From Clostridiales bacterium (lineage in GTDB: Bacteria; Bacillota; Clostridia; Monoglobales; WRBX01): 64,000 bases of DNA. The first letter of the stretch is position 1. Each line of letters opens with the position of its first letter. The notes under the pieces are model-generated. The model was given only the letters and a program-made list of their open reading frames with translations. It was not told where the DNA came from and did not search any database. The stretch covers positions 26,049-90,048 of the forward strand of contig JAISIR010000010.1 in the NCBI GenBank assembly GCA_031261985.1, written 5' to 3'. The position numbers and the translations under genes are program-made. This document shows positions 36,539 to 46,265 of this stretch, piece after piece.

Positions 36539-36611
36539 CACGCTTCGGCGGAATGAATCCGCCTACGCTTCTAAAGCTAATATGATATTTTCGGCGACAA
36601 GCTGCCGAAAA
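36539..36611 (-). repeat. A-type structured intergenic repeat (dapB/dapA gap)
   Basis: acgcttcGGCGGAatgaaTCCGCCtacgcttctaaag...TTTTCGGCgacaagctGCCGAAAA. Confidence 0.8.
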
Positions 36612-36629
36612 TTTATTCACATCAAATTA

Positions 36630-37517
36630 CTATATTAATTCAATGGCAGTCATTTCGGCAATTAATCGCTCTTTTGCAGCAGCTGACATTTCGCACAATG
36701 GCATTCTTAACTCGCCAACATCGTAGCCCATTAGGTTTAAAGCTGTTTTAACCGGGATAGGGTTGACCTCACAAAACAACGCTCCGATTAGCGGGATAAG
36801 GTTTAACTGAAGCTTGATTGAGCCTGCAACATCGCCATTTAAAAATTTTTGTACAATATCGTGAGTTTCTTTTGGCATAATGTTTCCAATGGTAGAAATT
36901 ACGCCCGCGCCGCCTAGTGCCATAACAGGTGATATTTGGTCATCGTTGCCGCTATAGATATCGATATTGTCGCCGCAAAGGTTGGCTAGCTCAGCAATTT
37001 GGGATATATCCCCGCTCGCCTCTTTTACAGCCACGATATTTTTATGCTTACTAAGCTCGGCAATAATTTTAGGCGGAATATTTGCGCCTGTTCGCGATGG
37101 AACATTGTAAACAACTATAGGAATATCCACGCTATCGGCAATGGCAATATAGTGTTTAATAAGCCCGCTGGTCGAAGTTTTATTGTAGTATGGGTTAACG
37201 ATTAGCAATCCATCGGCGCCTAATTTTTGCGATTCTTTAGAAAGCTCGATTGCGTGCATGGTATCGTTGCTTCCAGTGCCTGCAATTACAGGAACGCGCT
37301 TATTTGCTTGCTTTATAGTAGTTTCGACGACGCTTAAATGCTCGGCATCTGTCATAGTAGATGCTTCGCCTGTGGTGCCACAACTTATAATAGCGTCTGT
37401 TTTATTATTTATTTGAAAATCGACAAGTTCCTTAATTTTATCGTGATTCGGCTTATTGTCTGATGTGAAAGGTGTGACTAATGCAACGCCGCTGCCGGTA
37501 AATATTGTGTTTTTCAT
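36630..37517 (-). CDS. dapA: 4-hydroxy-tetrahydrodipicolinate synthase
   Basis: GSGVALVTPF...CGTTGE...YNVPSRTG...AVKEASGD are DapA signatures. Confidence 0.95.
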   Translation of the reverse strand: MKNTIFTGSGVALVTPFTSDNKPNHDKIKELVDFQINNKTDAIISCGTTGEASTMTDAEHLSVVETTIKQANKRVPVIAGTGSNDTMHAIELSKESQKLGADGLLIVNPYYNKTSTSGLIKHYIAIADSVDIPIVVYNVPSRTGANIPPKIIAELSKHKNIVAVKEASGDISQIAELANLCGDNIDIYSGNDDQISPVMALGGAGVISTIGNIMPKETHDIVQKFLNGDVAGSIKLQLNLIPLIGALFCEVNPIPVKTALNLMGYDVGELRMPLCEMSAAAKERLIAEMTAIELI

Positions 37518-37552
37518 AATAATATCCTCCTTTTAAGATTGAGCCAAATTCT

Positions 37553-38557
37553 TTACTCGTTCTCCCACATCTCGATTAATTTTTGAGCAATTTGCACAGC
37601 ATTAGTAGCCGCGCCCTTGCGGATATTATCGGCAACCACCCACATGTTCAAGCCGTTCTCGATGGTATCGTCTATTCGCAAACGCCCTACAAATGTATCG
37701 TTGCTTCCGTTAGCTATAGTTGCAAGCGGATATATATTGTTCGCCACATCATCGTACAAAACAACGCCAGGGGCATTTTTTAAAATATCGAACACTTGAG
37801 GTAAGGTAAATGGTTTTTCAAACTCTACATTAATGCTCTCGCTATGGCTATTTTTAACTGGAACGCGCACGGTTGTAGCCGTCACTTTCATATCCCAATC
37901 ACCAAGGATTTTTTTAGTTTCGTTTATCATTTTAGTTTCTTCTTTTGTATATCCATTCTCCTCAAAGACATCGATATGAGGCAAGCAATTGTTAGCAATA
38001 GGGTAAGGGAATTTTTGAGGCTGCTCGCCTTTTAAGGTAGCTTCTAAATCGGTAACTCCAGAAACACCTGCGCCGCTAACCGCCTGATATGTAGAGTACA
38101 CCACACGTTTGATTCCAAAAGCTTTATGCAATGGTGCAAGCGCAACAACTGCCTGGATAGTAGAGCAATTTGGGTTGGCGATTATGCCTTTATTCCACGC
38201 GATATCTTGAGGGTTAACCTCGGGAACAACGAGCGGGACTTCTTTATCCATACGCCATGCGCTGCTATTATCTATTACCACGCAACCTTTAGATGCCGCG
38301 ATAGGGGCATATTCCTTAGACACGCCACCGCCTGCCGAAAACAAGGCGATATCGAAGCCTTGGTCGAAGCTATTTGGAGTAAGCTCTTGGACGATATACT
38401 CCTTACCGTTAAAGTTTAGCTTGTTGCCAGCTGAGCGCGCAGACGAGAACAAAACATACTCGCTTGCTGGGAAATTTTCTTCTTCTAACACCTTTAAAAA
38501 CGTGCGCCCTACCATGCCGGTGGCACCTACAACCGCTACTTTGTATTGCTTGCTCAT
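37553..38557 (-). CDS. asd: aspartate-semialdehyde dehydrogenase
   Basis: VAVVGATGMVG, IIANPNCSTI (active-site Cys) and YQAVSGAG are present. Confidence 0.95.
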   Translation of the reverse strand: MSKQYKVAVVGATGMVGRTFLKVLEEENFPASEYVLFSSARSAGNKLNFNGKEYIVQELTPNSFDQGFDIALFSAGGGVSKEYAPIAASKGCVVIDNSSAWRMDKEVPLVVPEVNPQDIAWNKGIIANPNCSTIQAVVALAPLHKAFGIKRVVYSTYQAVSGAGVSGVTDLEATLKGEQPQKFPYPIANNCLPHIDVFEENGYTKEETKMINETKKILGDWDMKVTATTVRVPVKNSHSESINVEFEKPFTLPQVFDILKNAPGVVLYDDVANNIYPLATIANGSNDTFVGRLRIDDTIENGLNMWVVADNIRKGAATNAVQIAQKLIEMWENE

Positions 38558-38629
38558 TAATATCAAACCTTTGCTATTTATTTACTTTTACTAATACCAT
38601 TTTATTTTAAAACTTTAAACATTACCACA

Positions 38630-38658
38630 ATAATATCATTTTTTAATTACATTGTCAA
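38630..38658 (-). promoter_or_regulatory. sigma-A promoter for asd-dapA-dapB
   Basis: On the minus strand: TTGACA, a 17-nt spacer, then TATTAT. Confidence 0.5.
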
Positions 38659-38669
38659 GCGATATCCGC

Positions 38670-39587
38670 CTATATTGTAAATATTTTACCTTCAAGATAT
38701 TTTAGCCCAGGTAAATCGTTTAAAAACTCTAGCTTTTTGGCAATTAGTGTTTGAGTTTTTTTATTGAATTCTTTATTTATTTTGTTGCTTCCATATTTCC
38801 CATCGCCAATTAAAGGGTGCCCGATAAACGCCATATGTGCGCGGATTTGATGGGTTCTGCCTGTGATTAATTCGACTTCTAACTCGGCAAAATTAGGGTG
38901 CTGTTTTAAAACTTTATACTTTGTAATAATTTCTTTTGCACCTTGTGTTGCTTGCGCAAAAACTTTAACGGTAGACACGCCATCTTTTTTAAGCAAGTAG
39001 GCGTGAAGCGTTTCTTCATTAATATTAAAAACGCCATAAGCCATGCAATAATAATACTTTTTGACTAAGCGATTTTTAATAATCTCGTTCATAATCCTTA
39101 AGGCATCGCCATTTTTAGCTATTATTACCAAGCCAGAAGTGTTTCGGTCGATTCGGTGGCACAAAGTAGGCGGAAAGGTTGATTCATCGGGCACATACTC
39201 ACCATTTTTGATTAAATATGCCATTGCGCGATTGATTAAATTATCGAATCTATTTACCTCATCGGCGTGAACGCTTAAACCTGCGGGCTTATTTGCTATT
39301 AGGATATTCTCGTCTTGATACACAATTTCGATATCATCGCTTACCCTAGAATAATCCACGGTTTCCGTCGCGTTTTTATCGAAAAATTCGTCATTAATGT
39401 AAACATCTACCTTTTGCCCATTACATAGCGTAAAGTCTGGCTTTTTGATAGTTTTACCGTCCACCCTTACCTTACCCTTGCGGATAAACTTGTACATAAG
39501 CGATGTGGGTAAGCCAAAGGTGGTCTTCTCTAGTAATTTAGAGAGCCTTATGTTATCAAAATTTTTATCTATTATAAAACTCTTCAT
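38670..39587 (-). CDS. RluA-family 23S rRNA pseudouridine synthase with N-terminal S4-like domain
   Basis: HRIDRNTSGLV is the catalytic motif, and RTHQIRAHMA is also present. Confidence 0.9.
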   Translation of the reverse strand: MKSFIIDKNFDNIRLSKLLEKTTFGLPTSLMYKFIRKGKVRVDGKTIKKPDFTLCNGQKVDVYINDEFFDKNATETVDYSRVSDDIEIVYQDENILIANKPAGLSVHADEVNRFDNLINRAMAYLIKNGEYVPDESTFPPTLCHRIDRNTSGLVIIAKNGDALRIMNEIIKNRLVKKYYYCMAYGVFNINEETLHAYLLKKDGVSTVKVFAQATQGAKEIITKYKVLKQHPNFAELEVELITGRTHQIRAHMAFIGHPLIGDGKYGSNKINKEFNKKTQTLIAKKLEFLNDLPGLKYLEGKIFTI

Positions 39588-40009
39588 TGGTCTAGCTTGT
39601 TTAATCGGGCTTGATGACGTTCTTCAAAAGTAGCATTTAAAAACGCGTCCAAACAATATAGGGCAAGTTGCTCGCCTATTACGCGCTCGCCAAAACAAAT
39701 GATATTTGCGTTATTGTGCTGTTTTGCCATAGTGGCAGAGAAAGCATCAGAAATTAGAGCGGCGCGGATACCCTTGAATTTGTTAGCAGCCATCGACATC
39801 CCTATACCTGTCCCGCAAACCAGAATGCCAAGCGCGTTGCTATTATTTTGCACATTGTCGGCTACTTTTTTAGCTATATCGGGGTAGTCGACACTATTGG
39901 TATCGTAGCAGCCAAGGTCGGTGAATTCAAGGTTTATTGCCGTTAAGTGGTCGATAATTTTAGTCTTTAAATTAAACCCGCCATGGTCGCTTCCTATGTA
40001 AATTTGCAT
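39584..40009 (-). CDS. rpiB: ribose-5-phosphate isomerase B
   Basis: IGSDHGGF.LK...CGTGIGMSMAANK is the RpiB/LacAB pattern. Confidence 0.92.
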   Translation of the reverse strand: MQIYIGSDHGGFNLKTKIIDHLTAINLEFTDLGCYDTNSVDYPDIAKKVADNVQNNSNALGILVCGTGIGMSMAANKFKGIRAALISDAFSATMAKQHNNANIICFGERVIGEQLALYCLDAFLNATFEERHQARLNKLDQ

Positions 40010-40055
40010 CGTGCATAACCTCTCTTTTGTAGTTTATTGTAGATTTTCCTCTGAA

Positions 40056-40694
40056 TTATCCCCATTGTTTGCCTGCGTAAATTATTTGCGTGTCGGTTAA
40101 ATCGTTTTTATTTAAATAATTCCACTTTGTATTAATAAACTTGCTATAATCAGCAAAATAGGCGTTAGGGTGCGCGTTTTTTAGTTCTTCAAAATCTATC
40201 CGAATAGCAGGCGATGATGTAAAATCTATCTTATCGCTGAGATTTGAGTTCGGCGCAACAGTGCAAACGCTTGCAAAAACCGCGCCATTTCGTGCATCTA
40301 TATATGGAATGATTTCTGTATTTTTAGCACCAAGCCACTTTTGGGGGGATTCTGCAACACACCTCGCAAGCAAGGTAAGCGAGGACACTCCATGGATGTT
40401 GGGCTGAGTTACGCTATTGCAGGCGGCGGATTTTATGCCACGAGCCAACCCCTGAGCCGTTGCCATGCCTATTCTTAATCCCGTGTAACTGCCTGGGCCA
40501 ATAGTGACGATAATCAAGGTAACATCTGCAATTTTAAGGTTATTATTAGCTAGCATCTCATCAATTTTAGGCATTAAAACCTCGCTATGAGTCTTGCCAT
40601 AATCGGCGGTAAGGCTATCAATAACGCTTCCTTCAATCTCGTCTTTTATAGCAATATCCAAGATATTTGTAGATGTATCGATACATAAAACCAT
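40056..40694 (-). CDS. tsaB: tRNA threonylcarbamoyladenosine biosynthesis protein TsaB
   Basis: LCIDTST...GPGSYTGLRIGMATAQGLA is the YeaZ/TsaB signature. Confidence 0.88.
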   Translation of the reverse strand: MVLCIDTSTNILDIAIKDEIEGSVIDSLTADYGKTHSEVLMPKIDEMLANNNLKIADVTLIIVTIGPGSYTGLRIGMATAQGLARGIKSAACNSVTQPNIHGVSSLTLLARCVAESPQKWLGAKNTEIIPYIDARNGAVFASVCTVAPNSNLSDKIDFTSSPAIRIDFEELKNAHPNAYFADYSKFINTKWNYLNKNDLTDTQIIYAGKQWG

Positions 40695-40707
40695 TTTGTT
40701 GCCCCTT

Positions 40708-42399
40708 TTACTTTAAGCTCTTTTCTATTTCAATTAAGCTAGCATTCGCCAAAGTTTTATCGCTATTAACGGCAGAAATGTAATACTTAATTTTAGGCTC
40801 GGTGCCGCTAGGGCGCACGGTTATGCTACAATTTTCTTCCAGTTCAAATGCAATTACATTGCTGGTTTGGTTCATGTTTATATCTGCCATCTCGTTTTTT
40901 AAGTAATCGCTGCGTTTTAAAGTAGAATAATCGCGCATTGCAACAACTTTTTTACCACCGATTGCCTTTGGTGGTTTAGCGCGATACCCTGCCATGATTT
41001 CGGAAATTATCTTGGTGCCTTCTAAGCCTTCGTGCGTTACATGGATAGTTTTTTCGCAATAGTATCCATATTTTTTATAGATACCGTCTAAATAATCTAG
41101 CAAATTACTACCATTATCCTTACAAAACTGCGCCATCTCGGCTACCATAATAGATGCAACAACCGCATCTTTATCACGCGCATAATCGCCGATTAAGTAG
41201 CCAATACTTTCCTCCCAACCTATTGCAAATTCCTCGTTTGGTTTAAGGGTTAATATCTTCTCTCCGATAAATTTAAAGCCCGTGTAAACGTCAAAATATT
41301 CGGCATTATTATCTTCGCAAATTTTTTGAGTAAGCCTAGATGATACAATAGTGGAAATTACAACGGGAGTTTTAGCATTGTTTATTGTATTTTGTTTATT
41401 ATAACGTTGAGTTAAAATATATTCCGTCAGCATAATTCCAACTTGGTTGCCGGTAAAGTGTTCATACTCGCCATCGTCGCGGCGGGCGCAAACTCCTGTT
41501 CGGTCGCTATCTGGGTCGGTCGCTATGATAATATCTGCATTTACCTGCTTTGCTTTATTAATCGAAAGCTCTAATGCCTCAATAAACTCGGGGTTTGGGT
41601 AGCTACAAGTAGGGAAATTGCCATCGGGCTGGCATTGACTCTCGACAAGTGTAACATTATCGAACCCTGCTTCGGCTAGTGCGCGTGTGACAGGCACAAA
41701 TCCTGCACCGTGCAAGGGCGAGTATACAATCGAAACATTTCCACCCTTATTAATTTTTTGTTGCAGAACAATGTTTATATATGCGTCGTCAATTTTTTCG
41801 TCTAAAACTTGGATATTCTTGCTTATCCGCGCCTCATCAAAGGTGATATTGAACTCATCGGCAGCGTCTATCTCGGGTAAAATTTTATCACAAACAAGGG
41901 GCGGAAGCTGACCGCCATCTTCCCAATAAACCTTGTAACCGTTATATTCCTTAGGGTTGTGGCTAGCGGTTACCATTATCCCTGCTATAGCGTGCAAGTG
42001 GCGCACGCTGAACGAAAGCTGAGGGGTAGGGCGCAAAGAATCGTAAATATACACCTTAATATCGTTGCTTGCTAGCACTTTGGCTGCTTCAAAAGCAAAA
42101 TCGCGGCTATTATTACGCGAATCGTACGAAATTACCACACCGCGCGATTTAGATTCTGGCGAATGCTGTGCGATATAATTAGCCAACCCGCTGGTTGCCT
42201 TGCGGATAGTGTACACATTAAGCCTGTTTATGCCTGCTTCCATTTTACCACGAAGCCCAGCGGTGCCAAACTCTAGGTGATGGCAAAACCTTTCGTTAAT
42301 TTCACTTTCGGTTAAATTTAGCAATTCAGCTTTAGTTTTTGAATCAAGAGCGGGACTGTTTAGCCAACGCATATACTCGGATTTTGGGTTAATATTCAT
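40708..42399 (-). CDS. phosphoglucomutase/phosphomannomutase family (alpha-D-phosphohexomutase)
   Basis: TASHNPKEYNGYK contains the active-site Ser. DPDSDR and RPSGTEPK loops are also present. Confidence 0.92.
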   Translation of the reverse strand: MNINPKSEYMRWLNSPALDSKTKAELLNLTESEINERFCHHLEFGTAGLRGKMEAGINRLNVYTIRKATSGLANYIAQHSPESKSRGVVISYDSRNNSRDFAFEAAKVLASNDIKVYIYDSLRPTPQLSFSVRHLHAIAGIMVTASHNPKEYNGYKVYWEDGGQLPPLVCDKILPEIDAADEFNITFDEARISKNIQVLDEKIDDAYINIVLQQKINKGGNVSIVYSPLHGAGFVPVTRALAEAGFDNVTLVESQCQPDGNFPTCSYPNPEFIEALELSINKAKQVNADIIIATDPDSDRTGVCARRDDGEYEHFTGNQVGIMLTEYILTQRYNKQNTINNAKTPVVISTIVSSRLTQKICEDNNAEYFDVYTGFKFIGEKILTLKPNEEFAIGWEESIGYLIGDYARDKDAVVASIMVAEMAQFCKDNGSNLLDYLDGIYKKYGYYCEKTIHVTHEGLEGTKIISEIMAGYRAKPPKAIGGKKVVAMRDYSTLKRSDYLKNEMADINMNQTSNVIAFELEENCSITVRPSGTEPKIKYYISAVNSDKTLANASLIEIEKSLK

Positions 42400-42540
42400 A
42401 AAGTTATCACCTAAATTGTTATTTTTTATAATTTATTCTAACCTATGATACCACAAAAAAAATAATTTGTAAAGTAGTAATTTAAATTTTTTTGCGCAAA
42501 CTAATTTATAGAACAACTTACGATAGAGGAGTAATGATAT

Positions 42541-42870
42541 ATGAAGGATAATTTTAATAGTAATAGTTTATCACATAATAATGAAAAAACTAAGGATTTA
42601 AATGTAGAAAGCTTTGATAATCTGCCAAATTATGGTGATTTTGGGGACGGTATGCCTTTTGGGAACAAGGACTCGTCTAGCGATAAAAAGTATGGTTCGC
42701 GCCCATTTGATGAGTATGCTGACGATGTGAAAAACCGTGGTGAGTTTGTGTCTACCTTCCATTATTGGCTATCACCTCAGCAACAAGAAGATAAAGCAAA
42801 AGAGTTGGCAGAAGCAGGGAAAACTTCTGATAATTTTAAAGTTGATGGCAATAATGGTATGAAAAATTAG
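42541..42870 (+). CDS. hypothetical small acidic/low-complexity protein
   Basis: 109-aa ORF with RBS AGAGGAG; no family was recognised. Confidence 0.55.
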   Translation: MKDNFNSNSLSHNNEKTKDLNVESFDNLPNYGDFGDGMPFGNKDSSSDKKYGSRPFDEYADDVKNRGEFVSTFHYWLSPQQQEDKAKELAEAGKTSDNFKVDGNNGMKN

Positions 42871-42955
42871 TTCTAAATGTATAATTTATTATTTTATGGT
42901 AAAACTAACTTGTAGATAAATTTTTATATTCCATATTTTTTAAGGAGAGTTTAAA

Positions 42956-43177
42956 ATGGATACAGTTGCATTAATTTTAGCAATTTTAGGTGCGCTTAAT
43001 TGGGGCTCTATTGGTCTATTTGGTGTCGATTTTATTAGCAGCATGTTTGGCGGAGCAGAGACAGCAATAGCACGAATCATCTACTCTTTAGTAGGTTTAG
43101 CAGGGCTTTGGTGCATAACATTACTATTCCGCGAGAACGAGCAAGAGAATGAAAATCGTGTGCGTAGCGAAAAATAG
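42956..43177 (+). CDS. DUF378 family small membrane protein
   Basis: ALILAILGALNWGSIGLFGVDFI...IIYSLVGLAGL matches DUF378. RBS AAGGAGA. Confidence 0.8.
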   Translation: MDTVALILAILGALNWGSIGLFGVDFISSMFGGAETAIARIIYSLVGLAGLWCITLLFRENEQENENRVRSEK

Positions 43178-43198
43178 TTTTAGTCTTTAATATCAAAA

Positions 43199-43234
43199 GC
43201 ATTCCCTTTGTAATTTGCAGCGGGAATGTTTTTT
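43199..43234 (+). terminator. intrinsic terminator
   Basis: GCATTCCC-loop-GGGAATGTTTTTT. Confidence 0.7.
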
Positions 43235-43308
43235 ATGTGCATTTATAGTCCATTTTTGTAAAGCTTTAAAATATTTTCAATAAATATCACTTTTTTTAGT
43301 AAAAACTA

Positions 43309-43338
43309 TTGACAAACTATATATAAATGTGATATAAT
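43309..43338 (+). promoter_or_regulatory. sigma-A promoter for rpmG-secE-nusG
   Basis: TTGACA (43309-14), an 18-nt spacer, then TGaTATAAT (43330-38). Confidence 0.65.
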
Positions 43339-43457
43339 CACAAAGTAACCTTGTGAGGGGTTATTTTTTTGGAGTGCTAATTTTTATTTTTTTGATTAGT
43401 TTCTAAAAATATATGGTTAAGTTACTTCAAAAAATTTTATTTTAAGGAGTTATAAAA

Positions 43458-43610
43458 ATGGCTGATGCTATAAAGTTACAGTGTACAAACGAAGGTTGCG
43501 CACACTTTAAGTACACGTTTAAAAACAAAAAAAATACACCGGATAGAATGGAACTTAAAATATTCTGCCCTAATTGTAATGCCCATACTTTGCATAAAGA
43601 AACTAAATAG
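43458..43610 (+). CDS. rpmG: 50S ribosomal protein L33 (Zn-ribbon form)
   Basis: This gene is not in the ORF track (50 aa): [59 protein letters not shown]; conserved position before secE. Confidence 0.9.
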   Translation: MADAIKLQCTNEGCAHFKYTFKNKKNTPDRMELKIFCPNCNAHTLHKETK

Positions 43611-43724
43611 TTTAATCGCTTAATATGTAAAAAATGGAGTTTCTACCGATGTTTACTTAATGAATAAATGGTTTTTGTTAATCGTTTATCATTCTTTAAA
43701 CATTACGAAAGGATTGTCTTTATC

Positions 43725-44183
43725 ATGGCAATGAGTGGCAAAAAAACTACAAAAAAAGATTCTAAACCTAATTATTTTAAGCAGGTAGCTAGCGAGCTAA
43801 AAAAAGTTAACTACCCTGGGGCTAAACGAACCACTAATAATACTATTGTTGTTTTAGTCGTGGTTATTGTGTTTGCGGTTTTTATTTGTGCGTTAGATTT
43901 TGGCTTAAGTTTTGGGCGTAAAGGTTTGCTTGACCTTAAAACTAAATACGAAACTTATGTTAACTCTACGCAAATTACCGATGGCACTACTACCGATGGT
44001 TCAACTGATACAATTGAATCCGAGGGTGTTACAATTCCTACTGAACCTACCGAAGTTACTCCTACAGAAGGTGTGCCAGCAGAAACCGCTCCAGCAAGTG
44101 AGGCAACAACGCCTGAAACCCCTGCTGAGTCTACAACTGAAGGTGCTGCAACCCCTATTACCAATGAAGGGGGTAATCAATAG
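43725..44183 (+). CDS. secE: preprotein translocase subunit SecE with long T/E/P-rich C-terminal extension
   Basis: FKQVASELKKVNYPGAKRTTNNTIVVLVVVIVFAVFICALD is the typical SecE core. It lies between rpmG and nusG. The ATG at 43725 follows GAAAGGA. Confidence 0.85.
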   Translation: MAMSGKKTTKKDSKPNYFKQVASELKKVNYPGAKRTTNNTIVVLVVVIVFAVFICALDFGLSFGRKGLLDLKTKYETYVNSTQITDGTTTDGSTDTIESEGVTIPTEPTEVTPTEGVPAETAPASEATTPETPAESTTEGAATPITNEGGNQ

Positions 44184-44704
44184 TGGCATTAGATACCCCA
44201 AAATGGTATGTTGCTCACACCTATTCTGGTTACGAAAACAAAGTTAAAGCCAATATCGAAAAATTAGTCGAAAACAGGGATATGCAAGAGGCTATTGTAG
44301 ACATCAAGATTCCTATGGAAGAAGTTGTAGAGGTTAAAGACGGCGTGAAAAAGAATGTTTTGCGCAAAAAATACCCTGGCTATGTTTTTGTTAAAATGAT
44401 AATGAACGACGAAACTTGGTATATAATACGTAATACTCGTGGAGTTACCGGGTTTGTCGGCCCTGGTTCTAAGCCCGTCGCGTTAACCGAGCAAGAGATT
44501 GACGATATGGGTGTAGAGAAGAAGATTATCACTTTAAACTTTGGTGTTGGCGATGTTGTGCTTATAAAGCAAGGTCCGCTGGCCAATTTTACCGGTGCGG
44601 TTACTTCTATAGACCTAGATAAAAAGCTGGTTACCGTTAATGTTAGCATGTTCGGGCGCGAGACGCCTGTTGATTTAGACATCGAACAAGTAGAATTAAC
44701 ATAG
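44183..44704 (+). CDS. nusG: transcription termination/antitermination factor NusG
   Basis: KWYVAHTYSGYENKV...PGYVFVKM... followed by a KOW motif. The GTG start overlaps the secE stop (TAGTG). Confidence 0.95.
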   Translation: MALDTPKWYVAHTYSGYENKVKANIEKLVENRDMQEAIVDIKIPMEEVVEVKDGVKKNVLRKKYPGYVFVKMIMNDETWYIIRNTRGVTGFVGPGSKPVALTEQEIDDMGVEKKIITLNFGVGDVVLIKQGPLANFTGAVTSIDLDKKLVTVNVSMFGRETPVDLDIEQVELT

Positions 44705-44777
44705 TTGAAGTTTATCAATTAGTATATTTATAATTGTTTTATTTACTTAAAAAAATTAATGTAAGGGGAAAATAATA

Positions 44778-45203
44778 ATGGCTGGAAAAGTCGTTGGTTT
44801 AATAAAATTGCAAATTCCTGCAGGTAAGGCTACTCCTGCACCGCCAGTTGGTCCTGCTTTGGGTCAGCATGGTGTTAACATTGTGTCGTTTACAACACAA
44901 TTTAACGAGGCTACAAAAAATGATGCAGGGCTAATTATCCCTGTTGTCATCACTGTTTACGAGGATAGAAGTTTTACTTTCATCACAAAAACTCCGCCTG
45001 CAGCTGTGCTAATTAAAAAGGCTATCGGGCTAGAAAAAGGCAGCGGCGTGCCTAATAAAACTAAGGTCGCAAGCATATCTAAAGATAAAATTCGCGAGAT
45101 TGCTGAAGTTAAAATGAAGGACCTTAACGCTGCTAATATCGAGTCTGCAATGTCTATGATAGCAGGCACCGCACGCAGCATGGGCGTAACGGTTGAAGAG
45201 TAA
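44778..45203 (+). CDS. rplK: 50S ribosomal protein L11
   Basis: [26 protein letters not shown] is the canonical L11 sequence. Confidence 0.97.
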   Translation: MAGKVVGLIKLQIPAGKATPAPPVGPALGQHGVNIVSFTTQFNEATKNDAGLIIPVVITVYEDRSFTFITKTPPAAVLIKKAIGLEKGSGVPNKTKVASISKDKIREIAEVKMKDLNAANIESAMSMIAGTARSMGVTVEE

Positions 45204-45330
45204 AAACTTGTTTTAATTCGTCAAAATTATCTTTGGGAGAATGCCTGTTTTGTTTGTGTGGGTATGATTTTACCTGTTACATTCTAGGAACTTTTGGCAT
45301 TCGATACCACCAATAAGGAGAATATAAATT

Positions 45331-46029
45331 ATGAAACTAACTAAAAAGCAAAAAACTTATGCAGAAGTGTATGACCAAAAACAGACGTTTGACCCTGCAG
45401 AAGCTTTGGATTATGCTACAAAAACAGCTAAAGCAAAATTTGACGAGACAATTGAAATCCATATTAAATTAGGCGTCGATTCTCGTCATGCCGACCAACA
45501 AGTTCGTGGTGCTGTTGTGCTTCCAAACGGGACGGGTAAAGTGCAAAAAATTCTTGTATTTGCTAAGGGTGAAAAAGCTGACGCTGCCACAGCTGCTGGT
45601 GCAGATTTTGTTGGTGCAGAAGAGCTTGTGCCTAAAATTCAGAATGATGGTTGGTTTGATTTCGATATCGTTGTTGCTACCCCAGATATGATGGGCGTGG
45701 TTGGACGTTTAGGTAAAGTTTTAGGTCCAAAAGGCTTGATGCCTAACCCAAAAAGTGGTACTGTAACACCTGATGTAGCCAAAGCTATCGAAGAGATAAA
45801 GCTTGGTAAAATCGAGTATCGTCTTGATAAGAACAACATTATCCACTGCCCTATCGGCAAAGCATCATTTGGTAAAGAGAAATTATTGGATAACTTTAAT
45901 ACTTTAATGAACGCTATCGTGCGTGCGAAGCCTGCTTCTAGCAAGGGAACTTACCTAAAAAGCGTAACCTTATGTGCTACGATGGGTCCTGGTGTTAAGG
46001 TTAATCCTTCTAAAATCGACGTTGCGTAA
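45331..46029 (+). CDS. rplA: 50S ribosomal protein L1
   Basis: [34 protein letters not shown] is the canonical L1 sequence. Confidence 0.97.
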   Translation: MKLTKKQKTYAEVYDQKQTFDPAEALDYATKTAKAKFDETIEIHIKLGVDSRHADQQVRGAVVLPNGTGKVQKILVFAKGEKADAATAAGADFVGAEELVPKIQNDGWFDFDIVVATPDMMGVVGRLGKVLGPKGLMPNPKSGTVTPDVAKAIEEIKLGKIEYRLDKNNIIHCPIGKASFGKEKLLDNFNTLMNAIVRAKPASSKGTYLKSVTLCATMGPGVKVNPSKIDVA

Positions 46030-46219
46030 ATTGATATTGAGCAAAAAGTAATTGTCGGCATTTGCCTAAATTGCATACAATATAATGGGTAAATTTTGGT
46101 ATGAAAGATTGTTATTTTAGTTGCTATTTATAAAAGATTGATTATGTAAAGTTGTTTTGGTATTTTGCATCTTTGGTTTTAAAGTGCATACTCTTCAATT
46201 CAACTTTACATTTCTTTCT

Positions 46220-46265
46220 GCATTTGCTGCCTTAGCTCAGTCGGTAGAGCACTTCCTTGGTAAGG
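46220..46265 (+). pseudogene. orphan 5'-half copy of tRNA-Thr(GGU), with 6 nt of upstream flank
   Basis: 46 nt (gcatttGCTGCCTTAGCTCAGTCGGTAGAGCACTTCCTTGGTAAGG) are identical to 46365-46410. The match ends in the 3' side of the anticodon stem. Confidence 0.85.

Noticed and set aside
29157-36611. Whether the repeated hairpin elements could be a CRISPR array.
   Set aside because: The copies are dispersed singly in separate intergenic gaps several kb apart, not regularly spaced with unique spacers. No cas genes are in the window.
38558-38669. A lysine riboswitch (L-box) upstream of asd-dapA-dapB.
   Set aside because: The gap is only ~110 nt and is largely occupied by a promoter-like TTGACA-17-TATTAT. 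It is too short for an L-box, and I could not see the conserved L-box helices.
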